From an uncultured Acidobacteriota bacterium (GTDB lineage: Bacteria; Acidobacteriota; CAIWXX01), in NCBI GenBank assembly GCA_903916735.1, contig CAIWXX010000120.1, positions 1,374-65,373 of the forward strand: 64,000 nucleotides of DNA. Reading direction: 5' to 3'. The notes below the pieces were generated by a model. The model ran no database searches, had not been told where the DNA came from, and saw only the letters and a list, made by a program, of their open reading frames with translations. A program made the position numbers and the translations under genes. Position 1 is the first letter of the stretch. Every line of letters starts with the position of its first letter. Below are positions 48,196 through 58,234 of this stretch, piece by piece.

Positions 48196-49719
48196 CTATT
48201 TTATTGACAGCTCATCATGATGGGAGAGCAGCGGCGCGGCTCGCTCCCCATGTGACCTCTCATGGTTCTTTTGCCTTTTCCAGTCTTCGACGACTTCACG
48301 ATCGCTGAAGTGGATGATCTGGGTCCCGAGAATCTGATAATCTTCGTGCCCCTTACCGGCAATGGCGATCATATCGCCGTCGCGGGCTTTGTCGAGCGTG
48401 GACAGGATGGCTTCCCGCCGGTCTGCAATTTTCTCGAATGCCGTGAAGCTTCCAAAGCCCCTCTCAGCTTCGTTCATGATCAAAGCGGGGTCCTCAGTCC
48501 TCGGGTTGTCGTTCGTCAAAATAGCCAGATCCGCATGTCGCGCAACCGCTTCGGCCATCATTGGGCGTTTGCCCCGATCACGATCTCCGCCGCATCCGAA
48601 GATGGCGATGAGCCGTCCGCGGGTCAGAGGCCTCAAGCTGCTGAGTAGATTATCGAGAGCATCAGGCGAGTGCGCATAATCGATCACGGCGCTGAATTTT
48701 CCAAGATCGATTCTCTCCATCCGTCCTGGGACGGCCCTCAGCTCGGCGATACCCTTGATCGCGGCATCGACGGGGATGCCGATGGAGCAAGCAGAGGAAA
48801 TGGCCGCGAGCGCATTTGAAACATTGAAAGCGCCCGCCAGTGGAGAACTCACGACGTGCCTCCCCCAAGGGCTCCGAAGCGTTCCAAAGAATCCGTCGGC
48901 CGATAGCCGGCAATCTTCCAGCGTCACATCCGCAGGCGAATGCACGCCGAAGCTGATGATGCTGCCGGTCGTCGATGAAGCAACTCGTTCATACTCGGGA
49001 GCATCTCGGTTGATGACAGCCGGCGTTCCTGCATCGAGCGATTCGAACAGCCTCAACTTCGCCCGAAGATACTGTTTCATGTCGTGATGAAAATCGAGAT
49101 GATCTTGCGTCAGATTGGTAAAGATTGCCGCCGCGAATCTCACGGCATGGGCGCGCTTCATGTCAAGCGCAACCGAGGAGACTTCCATCGCGATGTGCGT
49201 GCACCCGGCATCGAGACACTGATTCATCATCAATTGCAGATCGGTCGATTCCGGGGTGGTGCGGGAAGCCGTAACGGCTCTTCCCCCGATCCGATATTGA
49301 ATGGTCCCAAAAACTCCGCTCGATTTGCCGGCAGCACGGAAGATCGATTCAAGCATGTAGGTCGTGGTTGTTTTCCCATTGGTTCCTGTAACGCCGACGA
49401 CATGGAGGCGATGGCTGGGATGGCCATAAAACACATCCGCTGCCTCGGCCATCGCCGCGCGGGCATCACGGACCTGTATGAAAGCAGTCCCGGGAGTCAG
49501 TGTCATATCAGAGGCGCGATCAGCGACACACGCGACCGCACCATTTTTCAAAGCCTGCGGCATAAATGCCATGCCATCTGACGCCAGACCCTTGAGCGCA
49601 AAAAAGACCGTGCCCGACCCAACCCGGCGGGAATCATACGCAAGGGCTTTGACAGGAATCTCGACATCACCCCGCATGACCACGGGATTGGAAGGCCCAA
49701 ATATTTCGCGAACCGTCAT
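48196..49719 (-). CDS. murE: UDP-MurNAc-dipeptide--meso-DAP ligase
   Basis: TGTNGKTT, TTP, MEVSS, DHLDFH, DYAH, DNPR (DAP-specific), GKGHE. Confidence 0.97.
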   Translation of the reverse strand: MTVREIFGPSNPVVMRGDVEIPVKALAYDSRRVGSGTVFFALKGLASDGMAFMPQALKNGAVACVADRASDMTLTPGTAFIQVRDARAAMAEAADVFYGHPSHRLHVVGVTGTNGKTTTTYMLESIFRAAGKSSGVFGTIQYRIGGRAVTASRTTPESTDLQLMMNQCLDAGCTHIAMEVSSVALDMKRAHAVRFAAAIFTNLTQDHLDFHHDMKQYLRAKLRLFESLDAGTPAVINRDAPEYERVASSTTGSIISFGVHSPADVTLEDCRLSADGFFGTLRSPWGRHVVSSPLAGAFNVSNALAAISSACSIGIPVDAAIKGIAELRAVPGRMERIDLGKFSAVIDYAHSPDALDNLLSSLRPLTRGRLIAIFGCGGDRDRGKRPMMAEAVARHADLAILTNDNPRTEDPALIMNEAERGFGSFTAFEKIADRREAILSTLDKARDGDMIAIAGKGHEDYQILGTQIIHFSDREVVEDWKRQKNHERSHGERAAPLLSHHDELSIK

Positions 49720-51785
49720 CGTCTGTCCAAAGAGAGGATGAATTGGCAGTGAGTGACGCCGCCGAGAGATGCACCGGCCGGCGGATTCTGAGCCACGACG
49801 TAACCAGTGCCCTTCGTTTCGAAGGACATTCCCATGCCGCGCATGGCGCGTGCAACTTCGCGGATTGTCTTGCCGCGAAGATCCGGGAAGGCCGGCATAT
49901 CATCCGAAGAAGGGCCGCCGCGAGTCGCAGCGGGTTCGACTGTGACCGAAGGATCAGTGGCAACGCCTGCCGGCGCCGTTGAATCAGCAACCATGTCAAT
50001 GAGATTTCCGCCTTCGACTGCCATATCGATCTGGGTTCCGCGGTTAAGAGACGCATAAACAACTTGAGGTGTCACCGTACGGCGCCGTTCGGGGAAGACA
50101 TTCAAGTATCTCAGAATTTTCTCGGCGCAGATTTTATAGATGGGCGCCGCCACGAGCCCGCCGTAATAGGGCCCTTCCGGTTCGTCGATCACCACGATCA
50201 TCGCGATGGCAGGGTTGTCGACAGGAGTGAACCCCACGAATGAGGAGACATAGTGGCCAAGCGCATAGCGGCCGGTATGCCGATCAATCTTCTGAGCAGT
50301 CCCGGTTTTGCCCGCAGTGGAGAAGCCATCCATGCGCGCCGCAATTCCAGTCCCCTGTTCAACGACATCCGTCAGGATGTCACGCACATCCCCGGCGACA
50401 TCGGAGCTGACGACGCGTTCAGGCGGCCGCACCTTCGGCGTCGTCCAACCCTCGCCATCGGGCGAAACGATCTGCCGCACGATGTGCGGGTGAACGAGAA
50501 CGCCGCCATTGGCGATGGTCGACGCAAGCTGCAGAACCTGGAGCGGCGTCACGCTCACCTCCTGCCCCATGCAGAGCGCACCGATCGAGATCAGCGACCA
50601 TTGTTTGGGGGCGCGGAGAATCCCTGGATTTTCCCCAGGGAGATCTATCCCGGTCGACACACCGAGGCCAAAAGCCCGCATATACTTGTAGAGACGTTCG
50701 TTGCCGAGTCTCAAGCCAAGCTTGATCGAACCGACGTTGCTGGAATATTCGATGATCTGATCCATGCTGAGTGTGCCGAAGGGCTTATGGTCGTGTATCT
50801 GGTGCCCGGCAACTTCGATGGACCCATATTGGCAGTCGAATTTTTCCGACATGCGCGCCGTTTTTTCCTGCAGGCTGGCGGCGGCGATGATGATTTTAAA
50901 TGTCGAGCCGGGTTCGTAGCTGTCCTCGATGGCGCGATTGCGGCGGAAGGATGCAGGAGTGTCGGCGAAATGATTCGGATCATAGGTCGGCCAATTCACC
51001 ATCGCCAGGATCTCCCCGGACCGCGGATTGACGATAATGATCGTCCCGCCGCGCGCCTTGCTTCGAGCGACGGCATCCCGCAGCTCGTTCTCCACCATGT
51101 ACTGAATGACCTCATCGATCGTCAGAACAAGGTTCTGGCCGGGACGCGTGGGCGTGAGTGTCGTCGTGGAGAACTCGCGGTTCCTCGCATCGATTTCGAT
51201 GAGGACGCGCCCAGGGGTTCCTCGCATTTCGCGATCGTACATGTATTCAAGGCCTGCAAGACCTTTATTATCGAGGCCGACGTAGCCGAGGAGATGGCTG
51301 GCCAGCTCCGCCTTTGGATTGAACCGCTTGCTTTCCGGGATGAAACCGATGCCCTTGAGGTTCAGTGCCTTGATGCCGTCGACCTGCTCGGCCGGGAGCT
51401 TTCTCTTGATCCAGATGAAGCGTTTGCCGGAAGTCAGCTTTTCCATCAACTCAGTTCGCATCTCCGGCTCGCCGAACACTGCTGATAATTTCTTCGCAGT
51501 CCCTTTCGGGTCCGCCACTTCGGTCGGCACGCCGTAACAGCTTTCAAGATCGCGGCTGATGGCAAGCTCATGGCCGTTCCGATCAAAAATAGTGCCGCGC
51601 TTCGCATCAACTTCGGCGATGCGCTGATTCTGGCGCTGAGCCCGGCTCAGCAGCTCGCCGGTCTTCATCACCTGCAAATCAACGAGCCTGTATGTGATCC
51701 CGGCGATCCAGAGAAGGGAGAAGAACCCGACGAAGTAGACTCGCCTCTTCAGAGTCTTCGTCGCGCGTTCATTAACGGGGTTCAT
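49716..51785 (-). CDS. ftsI: Class B PBP FtsI with PASTA domain
   Basis: STFK, SSN, KTGT transpeptidase motifs; C-terminal PDLRG...QNPPAG PASTA. Confidence 0.96.
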   Translation of the reverse strand: MNPVNERATKTLKRRVYFVGFFSLLWIAGITYRLVDLQVMKTGELLSRAQRQNQRIAEVDAKRGTIFDRNGHELAISRDLESCYGVPTEVADPKGTAKKLSAVFGEPEMRTELMEKLTSGKRFIWIKRKLPAEQVDGIKALNLKGIGFIPESKRFNPKAELASHLLGYVGLDNKGLAGLEYMYDREMRGTPGRVLIEIDARNREFSTTTLTPTRPGQNLVLTIDEVIQYMVENELRDAVARSKARGGTIIIVNPRSGEILAMVNWPTYDPNHFADTPASFRRNRAIEDSYEPGSTFKIIIAAASLQEKTARMSEKFDCQYGSIEVAGHQIHDHKPFGTLSMDQIIEYSSNVGSIKLGLRLGNERLYKYMRAFGLGVSTGIDLPGENPGILRAPKQWSLISIGALCMGQEVSVTPLQVLQLASTIANGGVLVHPHIVRQIVSPDGEGWTTPKVRPPERVVSSDVAGDVRDILTDVVEQGTGIAARMDGFSTAGKTGTAQKIDRHTGRYALGHYVSSFVGFTPVDNPAIAMIVVIDEPEGPYYGGLVAAPIYKICAEKILRYLNVFPERRRTVTPQVVYASLNRGTQIDMAVEGGNLIDMVADSTAPAGVATDPSVTVEPAATRGGPSSDDMPAFPDLRGKTIREVARAMRGMGMSFETKGTGYVVAQNPPAGASLGGVTHCQFILSLDRR

Positions 51786-52204
51786 TGATCTTTCCTCAGG
51801 AGACTGTCCGGAGCACGATCGCTCTTTGACATTTCAGCCGAGCCGTCGGGATTGATTTCGAGCAGGAACACCTGATCCTCGACCGGAGGCACGAGATCCA
51901 AACGAGAACGCGCGATGCGATCAATGCGATCCAGGGATTCGAGTGATGCGCGCTGGAGAAGTAGTCGGCGGCGTTCTTCGAGCTGCTCTTCATAGGCCTT
52001 TCGCAGCTGCTTGGTTTCATACCCGAACCGGATCATCTCGTTGCGCTGCCAGACATAAAAGAGAATGGAGAGCAGGAGAATCATGCCCACCATGATGGAT
52101 CCGAGAAGATCCTTGATGTGAGTCTGATCAACCTGGCGGACAATAACCCCGTTGTTCACACGGCGAGAACTCGCGGTGACCGATGCAGCGATCGTCGCCG
52201 GCAT
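51782..52204 (-). CDS. ftsL: Cell division protein FtsL
   Basis: TM plus coiled coil ending RIDRIARSRLDL; between rsmH and ftsI. Confidence 0.85.
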   Translation of the reverse strand: MPATIAASVTASSRRVNNGVIVRQVDQTHIKDLLGSIMVGMILLLSILFYVWQRNEMIRFGYETKQLRKAYEEQLEERRRLLLQRASLESLDRIDRIARSRLDLVPPVEDQVFLLEINPDGSAEMSKSDRAPDSLLRKDQ

Positions 52205-53136
52205 TAGTGCACCTCATCATTCCGCCGCGGCAACATGCAATTGGAACAACGAGGATCGCGGCGAAGAGCACGAAGCTTCGCCGATCGTGAACGCGGATTA
52301 TTGGCTCGTTCCTCGTCGCCTGCCACAATCGGCTTTTTCGTGAGGATCGTGAACTCCGAGCCTCTTGGCGCCAGCGATCGGAACGTATGCTTCACAATGC
52401 GATCTTCAAGCGAATGAAAGCTGATGACAACAACGCGGCCGGAGATTGTCACCGCCGCGGCCACATCGCGCAGAAAAACATCCAGCCCGTCCAGTTCACC
52501 ATTGACCGCGATGCGAAGTGCCATGAAAGGCAACGTCGCTGGATGGTGCCAACGATGAGGATGTGCAACGGTGAAGATGGCTTCGAGGAAATCGGCTGTC
52601 CGGGCGAAAGAACGCCTCCCGCGTCTGGCGACGATCTCCGCCGCGAGACGTCGAGAGAAAGGAACCTCGCCATATTCCTGGAAAATACGCACAAGCTCAT
52701 GGGCCGGCAATTCATTAAGAATATCGGCGCCGGTCCGTCCATGACGAATATCCATTCTCATGTCGAGTGGTTCGTCTCTGGAAAAACTGAACCCGCGCCC
52801 GGAGCTTTCAATCTGGACCGAACTGAAGCCGAGATCCAGCAAACAACCGCCGAACGGCCTATCGGGCATCTCATAATGACGCCAATTCTTGAAATCGTCG
52901 TGATGGAGAATGACTCGGGACTCGAATTCGCTGAGGTTCGATTCGGCGATTCGGAGAGCATCCGCATCACGATCGAAGCCGAAAACGATCGAGCCTGGTG
53001 CGGATTCGAGGATGAGGCGGGAGTGAGCTCCTGTGCCAATCGTACCGTCAAAATAAAAATAGCCGGGGCGGGGATCGAGCAATTTGAGGCAGTCCTCTGG
53101 GAGGACCGGTTGGTGGGGGGTTGGAAGGCGAGTCAT
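52204..53136 (-). CDS. rsmH: 16S rRNA m4C1402 methyltransferase
   Basis: HQPVL, DLGFSS, PLDMRM, SFHSLEDR, NPRSRSAKLR; start likely ATG 53136. Confidence 0.95.
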   Translation of the reverse strand: MTRLPTPHQPVLPEDCLKLLDPRPGYFYFDGTIGTGAHSRLILESAPGSIVFGFDRDADALRIAESNLSEFESRVILHHDDFKNWRHYEMPDRPFGGCLLDLGFSSVQIESSGRGFSFSRDEPLDMRMDIRHGRTGADILNELPAHELVRIFQEYGEVPFSRRLAAEIVARRGRRSFARTADFLEAIFTVAHPHRWHHPATLPFMALRIAVNGELDGLDVFLRDVAAAVTISGRVVVISFHSLEDRIVKHTFRSLAPRGSEFTILTKKPIVAGDEERANNPRSRSAKLRALRRDPRCSNCMLPRRNDEVH

Positions 53137-53215
53137 GCTTGCTTTTGTTCTTCCGAGACAGGCAGAAGATTTGAAGGGTTGCTCGTACCCACCGCTCCCG
53201 GCTCTAAGTAACATT

Positions 53216-53659
53216 TTAAATTCCAAATGACTGAAATACTTCGTAGTCCTCCGGCGTGATCGGCTGTGCAAGCCGGCGCTCCTGGAATATCTGGTGGTTC
53301 ATCATGGTCAAGTAAGTGTGCTTCCCAAGCAAGGTCACTTCCTCACCTTCGAGCGACGCTGATTTCCGGAGCAAAGGGTGAATCATCGCACGGCCCTGCT
53401 TGTCGAATATGCAGGTCCGGCCATAATATGCTGTGCGGTCAGTGAACTTGATGATTGAAGGGTTCATGCTCGGCGCTTTCGCAAGTTTTGCTTCGATCTC
53501 TTCCCATACCTGGATCGGGTAAATCCGTACTTCCAGGCCATCAAGACTCGTTATGTACAAGGTGCTACCCCATCGCGTCTCTATCTCAGACCGTACCGAC
53601 GACGGCAGTTTTATCCGTCCGTCACTGTCTAGTCTGATGATGTGAGCGTCTCGAAGCAT
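53216..53659 (-). CDS. mraZ: Transcriptional repressor MraZ
   Basis: Two AbrB-like repeats with DSDGR and DKQGR; first gene of dcw. Confidence 0.9.
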   Translation of the reverse strand: MLRDAHIIRLDSDGRIKLPSSVRSEIETRWGSTLYITSLDGLEVRIYPIQVWEEIEAKLAKAPSMNPSIIKFTDRTAYYGRTCIFDKQGRAMIHPLLRKSASLEGEEVTLLGKHTYLTMMNHQIFQERRLAQPITPEDYEVFQSFGI

Positions 53660-53707
53660 GACTGAGCTACTTCCCGGAAGAAATTAACTGTCGGACGTTC
53701 CAGATAC

Positions 53708-53768
53708 TCCACTTTGGTCCGGTTTCGTCCGTTCTGACCCATAGTAGCACCATATTTTCACGTGTCAA
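53708..53768 (-). promoter_or_regulatory. dcw promoter with four phased MraZ-box-like pentamers
   Basis: TTGACA-N16-TACTAT (extended TG) overlapping ATGGG/ACGGA/CCGGA/GTGGA at exact 10-bp period. Confidence 0.7.
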
Positions 53769-53793
53769 GGGGTTATTTTTGCCTATTTGATTA

Positions 53794-53809
53794 TGTGATT
53801 TGTATCACA
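53794..53809. promoter_or_regulatory. CRP/FNR-family-like palindrome
   Basis: TGTGA-TTTGTA-TCACA, exact TGTGA-N6-TCACA. Confidence 0.5.
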
Positions 53810-54107
53810 AAGCGGTCCGGAGATCGTCGAATCCAAGATAGGCCGCGATTTCAGTCTTTTCGGAGATACATCGACAAGCTGAGTCGGGCCGGTTGCCTAG
53901 GGAAAGCCGACGTGTTGAATGGCGATTAAATCGCCTGGGATCATACACCGCTCATCGTAGGAAACTTCTGACGAACACCGAAACCCCGTTTCAGATCTGC
54001 GTTCATCCTTAATTTCAAAGCCATTTCCGCTCATGGCAATGTTGTTCTGTTCTCCAGACGGAATAACACTTTGAAATTAATCGGCATCTGGTTCAAAATA
54101 CCACCCT

Positions 54108-55187
54108 ATGAAATTTACACTATTCGGCCTCCCCAAAACAGGTAAGACGACGCTCTTCAATCTGCTGACCAAATCCAGCCTCGAGACAGGCAAATTCGCA
54201 GGAACCGAAAAAACGGCGCATATCGGCCGGTGCTTTGTCGAGGACAGGCGAGTGAAGGCGTTGAGCAACATTTTTTCTCCAAAGAAAACCACATTTGCGA
54301 ACATCGATTTTTCAGATCTGGGTGGATTGGCCTTCGGCGAAGTCAAAGAGACAGAGCTTCTGCCGCACCTTCGCAACTCGGATGGGCTGGCACATGTTGT
54401 GCGCGCTTTCGAGGACGACGAAATGCAGCATCCAGGCGGGATCAATCCGGTTCGGGACATCGAGAGAATGGAAGAGGAACTGATCCTCGCCGATCTGCTT
54501 GTTGTCGAAAGCCGCCTGGAAAGACTCGCGAAGGATTTGAAAAAGATGAAACGGCCGGACCTCGCAAAGGAAGAGCTGCTGCTTCATCGATGCCGGGAAA
54601 TCCTTTCCTCTGGATCGCCGCTCCGCGACGTCGCTTTCTCCGAAGACGAGCAGCGGATCATACGCGGATTCATGTTCCTCAGCCGGAAGCCCCTGTTGGC
54701 TGTCGTGAACTTGGGTGAATCCGACACGGCGCGATTGCACATGCCGGATGTTTTTCGTCCCGAGCGATTGGGGAATTCTACGAATGTAGTAATTTCTACC
54801 GTCTCCGCGGTGATCGAAGAGGAGATCGGGAGGCTCTCCGAGGCCGAAGCCGCCGACTACCTGAAGGCCTACGGCCTTCAGGAAACCGCTCTCACACGCC
54901 TCATCCGCGACAGCTACAGGCTCTTGGGGCTCATCTCCTTTTTCACAGTCGGAGAAGACGAAGTGCGCGCATGGACGATTCCGGCAAACGCGACCGCCAA
55001 GGCCGCAGCCGGCGCCGTGCACTCGGATTTCGAAAAAGCCTTCATCCGAGCCGAGGTCGTCACCTACGACGACTTCATGAAAGAAGGTTCTCTCGCGGCC
55101 TGCCGGCAAAAAGGTACCTTGCGGCTCGAAGGCAAAGAGTACATCGTCAGGGACGGGGAGATTGTTCATTTCCGATCAGGATTGTGA
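54108..55187 (+). CDS. ychF: YchF/Obg-family ATPase (divergent G motifs)
   Basis: GLPKTGKT P-loop, SFFTVGEDEVRAW, AAGAVHSDFEKAFIRAEV, LEGKEYIVRDG (TGS domain). Confidence 0.9.
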   Translation: MKFTLFGLPKTGKTTLFNLLTKSSLETGKFAGTEKTAHIGRCFVEDRRVKALSNIFSPKKTTFANIDFSDLGGLAFGEVKETELLPHLRNSDGLAHVVRAFEDDEMQHPGGINPVRDIERMEEELILADLLVVESRLERLAKDLKKMKRPDLAKEELLLHRCREILSSGSPLRDVAFSEDEQRIIRGFMFLSRKPLLAVVNLGESDTARLHMPDVFRPERLGNSTNVVISTVSAVIEEEIGRLSEAEAADYLKAYGLQETALTRLIRDSYRLLGLISFFTVGEDEVRAWTIPANATAKAAAGAVHSDFEKAFIRAEVVTYDDFMKEGSLAACRQKGTLRLEGKEYIVRDGEIVHFRSGL

Positions 55188-55394
55188 GCGTTTCGCACAG
55201 GGACGGCCAGCATTCCTCCCGGATCATCTTGAAATCGTCGACGTAGTTCTCGCGGCTGATTTGGCTTATAATGCCGTCACATGGCCGTATCGCAAGAAAT
55301 GTCAAGATCGATGAGTGACATCACGACGGAAGGATATTAAGATCGAAGGCATCTCATCGTTTCCAGAACAGAAGGAACGACGGAGGGATCGCGC

Positions 55395-56384
55395 ATGAGC
55401 ATTTTGGTAATCGGTGATCAGCCGGAACTGATGAAGCAACTGGGTGAACTCCGCGAGACCATCGGTCAAGCGGATGTGTTCACAACGACCTCACTCAACG
55501 CGACACTCGAGCAGTTCGGTACAATCGAGGAGGAAGAAGCGGCCAGCCCACGCGGCGCGGTCGAAATCATCATCATCGATCACAAGCTCGATACGATGAG
55601 TATCGGCGATGCCTGTCGGGGCCTCATCAATGTGGCTCCCGACATCCCGATTCTTCTCGTGACGGACCCCACCAGATCACAAATGATCGAGGAGGCGCTC
55701 CTGGCCGGAGCCGCAGATTTTATATCACGGCCGATTCGCGTCATGGATCTCCGCGCACGCGTTCATTGCGCCCTGCGACTGAAGCGGGAAATCGACACAC
55801 GAAAGGAACGGGATGAGGAGCTCGCCGAAGCCAACCGCCGTCTTCATAACGTCAGCCAGGCGCTCCATCGTATTTCTTCGCTCGATCATGTCACCGAAGT
55901 CGCCAACCGCGATCATCTGGAAATGGAACTGCTCAGGGAGTGGCGGCGAGTCACGCGGAGCAAACTGCCGTTGTCACTCATCATGGCAGACCTCGATTTT
56001 TTCAAGGTCTTCAACGATTCCTATGGGCATGAAGCCGGAGATGATTGTCTCAAGAGGGTGGCCGCAGCGCTCTCGCAAGCGGTCAACCGTGCCGGCGATA
56101 TCGTCGGTCGCTATGGCGGAGAAGAATTTCTGATCATCCTGCCGGAGACACCGCTGTCCGGTGCTGCTGGAATGGCCGAGACATTGCGTGCGGCTATCGA
56201 AAGCATCGGCATCGTCCATGCGTTTTCGGCAATCAATGACCGAATCACGATCAGCCTGGGTGTCGCCTCGCAAGTCCCGACACGCGAAGGCAAGCCGCTG
56301 TCGCTGGTACATTCAGCTGAACGTGCCCTCTACCGCGCCAAGCATGATGGCCGCAACAGAGTGCGCGTGGCGGATATGCCGTAA
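55395..56384 (+). CDS. Response-regulator diguanylate cyclase (REC-GGDEF)
   Basis: Atypical REC domain, coiled coil, DLDFFKVFNDSYGH, RAGD I-site, GGEEF active site. Confidence 0.93.
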   Translation: MSILVIGDQPELMKQLGELRETIGQADVFTTTSLNATLEQFGTIEEEEAASPRGAVEIIIIDHKLDTMSIGDACRGLINVAPDIPILLVTDPTRSQMIEEALLAGAADFISRPIRVMDLRARVHCALRLKREIDTRKERDEELAEANRRLHNVSQALHRISSLDHVTEVANRDHLEMELLREWRRVTRSKLPLSLIMADLDFFKVFNDSYGHEAGDDCLKRVAAALSQAVNRAGDIVGRYGGEEFLIILPETPLSGAAGMAETLRAAIESIGIVHAFSAINDRITISLGVASQVPTREGKPLSLVHSAERALYRAKHDGRNRVRVADMP

Positions 56385-56610
56385 CACGGCATAGCCGCAA
56401 CCAAACAAGATGGCTTCAACAACCATCGCACCCGAACCTCTCAGGAATGCAGGAAGAGAGGAAAGCAGGAACGGATTTTAATATCGAGCAGCGGTGGTTT
56501 CATAAGTCATTCCTGCATTCCTTTCTTCCTGGCTTCCTGAGAGGAATTCGCGATCCCGCCCTATCACAACTTTTGCCATTTTGTGCACAGATTTCGCCGA
56601 TCAGATCCCA
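56382..56610 (-). mobile_element. MITE-like element, copy B (full length, ending at the GGDEF gene stop codon)
   Basis: Reverse complement aligns with 32160-32390 along its length. Confidence 0.75.
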
Positions 56611-56983
56611 AGATTATTTTGATTGCCGTTTTCACCTCTCACCAATGCAAAACATGTTGATCATCATGGAGACAATCGGAATCTGAGCGCAGCCTCACGC
56701 CGTTTCAAGCAGTTTTTCAAACACGTTGATTCGTTCCTGGACCTCGGCCTTTTGCATCTCCAGCCGCTCAACTTTTTTCACTCTCCCTTTTGCCTCTTCC
56801 TGAGCAATACTCTGTCCGATCCGATCCAGGTTTCCATAGAAAAGGGCTTGTGCGATCCCCCATTCCTTGAGGGCTTGTGATTTTTTCTTTATCGCCTTGA
56901 GAGCCTCGCCGAGACTGAAGCCGGGACCGTGTACAGGTCGACCGAATGAAAATGACCGAGACCGCATCGGCCTCAGCAGCTCC

Positions 56984-57964
56984 TCAGATGAAGCCTTTTT
57001 CCTGCATCCATTCGTCATTGAAAATAGTGCTCAAGTACCGCGACGCACTATCTGGAAAGACGGTGACGATGCGGGCCGGCGTTGGCAGCGATCGCGCGAG
57101 TTTCAGAGCGCCCCAGATAGCGGCTCCACTCGAGCCACCCACCAAAATTCCTTCCCTCTTGGCCAGCTCGCGAGCGAAATGGAATGCTTCCTTGTCGGTG
57201 ACCTGATAGATATCGTCAATCACCGAGAAGTCGAGGGTTTTGATGATGAATTCATCGCCTAGCCCTTCGAGAAGGTAGGGGCCGGACTCGATGACTTTGC
57301 CGCTGCGAAAATATTCATAGAAAACCGACCCGACCGGGTCGACAGCGATCACCTTGATTTTGGGATCTTGTTCCTTGAGATAGTGAGCTGTACCGCCGAG
57401 AGTACCGCCTGTTCCGATTCCTGCCAGGAAGTAATCAATTTTCCCATCCATCTGTTGCCAGATCTCAGGGCCGGTCGTCAGGTAGTGAGCTTCGTTGTTT
57501 TCGCGATTGCCGTGCTGGTCGGGGAAGTAACAGTTTGGCGTTTCCTTGGCCATCCGTGGCGTGATGTTGTTGTAGCTATCGGGCGATTCCGGAGGAAGCG
57601 AGCAGTCGACCATGTGGATCTCAACGCCGAGTGCTTTCAGCTGATCAAGCTTCTCCTTGCTGATTCGATCGCGCACGATCGCCTTCATTCGATATCCTTT
57701 TTGGATCGCGATCATGGCCATCCCCATGGCGGTATTTCCAGAGGAGCTCTCGATGATCAGATCGCCCTTCTTGATTCGCCCATCCTTTTCGGCCTTTTCG
57801 ATCATGTGCCGCGCAATCCGATCCTTGCTGCTGCCCATTGGATTCAGGAACTCGAGCTTTGCATAGATCCGGCTGCTGATGCCTTCGGTGATCTTGTTGA
57901 GCCGCACGAGAGGAGTATTGCCGATTACATCCATCAGGGTTTCGAAACGTCTCAATCGAGCCAT
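56984..57964 (-). CDS. PLP-dependent cysteine synthase / cystathionine beta-synthase-like protein
   Basis: GNTPL, KLEFLNPMGSSKDR (PLP Lys), SSGNT, GTGGT, LEGLG, PDSASRYLS. Confidence 0.92.
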   Translation of the reverse strand: MARLRRFETLMDVIGNTPLVRLNKITEGISSRIYAKLEFLNPMGSSKDRIARHMIEKAEKDGRIKKGDLIIESSSGNTAMGMAMIAIQKGYRMKAIVRDRISKEKLDQLKALGVEIHMVDCSLPPESPDSYNNITPRMAKETPNCYFPDQHGNRENNEAHYLTTGPEIWQQMDGKIDYFLAGIGTGGTLGGTAHYLKEQDPKIKVIAVDPVGSVFYEYFRSGKVIESGPYLLEGLGDEFIIKTLDFSVIDDIYQVTDKEAFHFARELAKREGILVGGSSGAAIWGALKLARSLPTPARIVTVFPDSASRYLSTIFNDEWMQEKGFI

Positions 57965-58234
57965 GACATACTCCTCAGAACAGGCGCGCGATTCTATCCC
58001 ACTTCAGACAAAGGATAAAGCTCAGCGGCGGTGAAATTGAAATGATGGATCTCTTCTCACAACTCATAGGCAGCGCGGCCGGCACTCTTCAACTCCCCGC
58101 ATTGATGCCCATCTCATGCGTTTCGAAAATGAACAACAATCTCGTCCGGAGCGGGGCAGCGACGGATATGATCATGGCAGCGCCACATCAGAAAACGCCC
58201 GGGAAACCGGTGCCAATCGCCCAACGCCGTCGGC

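Noticed and set aside
50253-51485. 410-aa plus-strand ORF
   Set aside because: Antisense shadow of ftsI.
53810-54070. RNase P RNA (often near mraZ)
   Set aside because: No GAGGAAAGTCC or AAACCCGGCTTA-type conserved blocks on either strand.
57965-58234. SAM or T-box leader before the cysteine synthase-like gene
   Set aside because: No conserved riboswitch or T-box motif seen.
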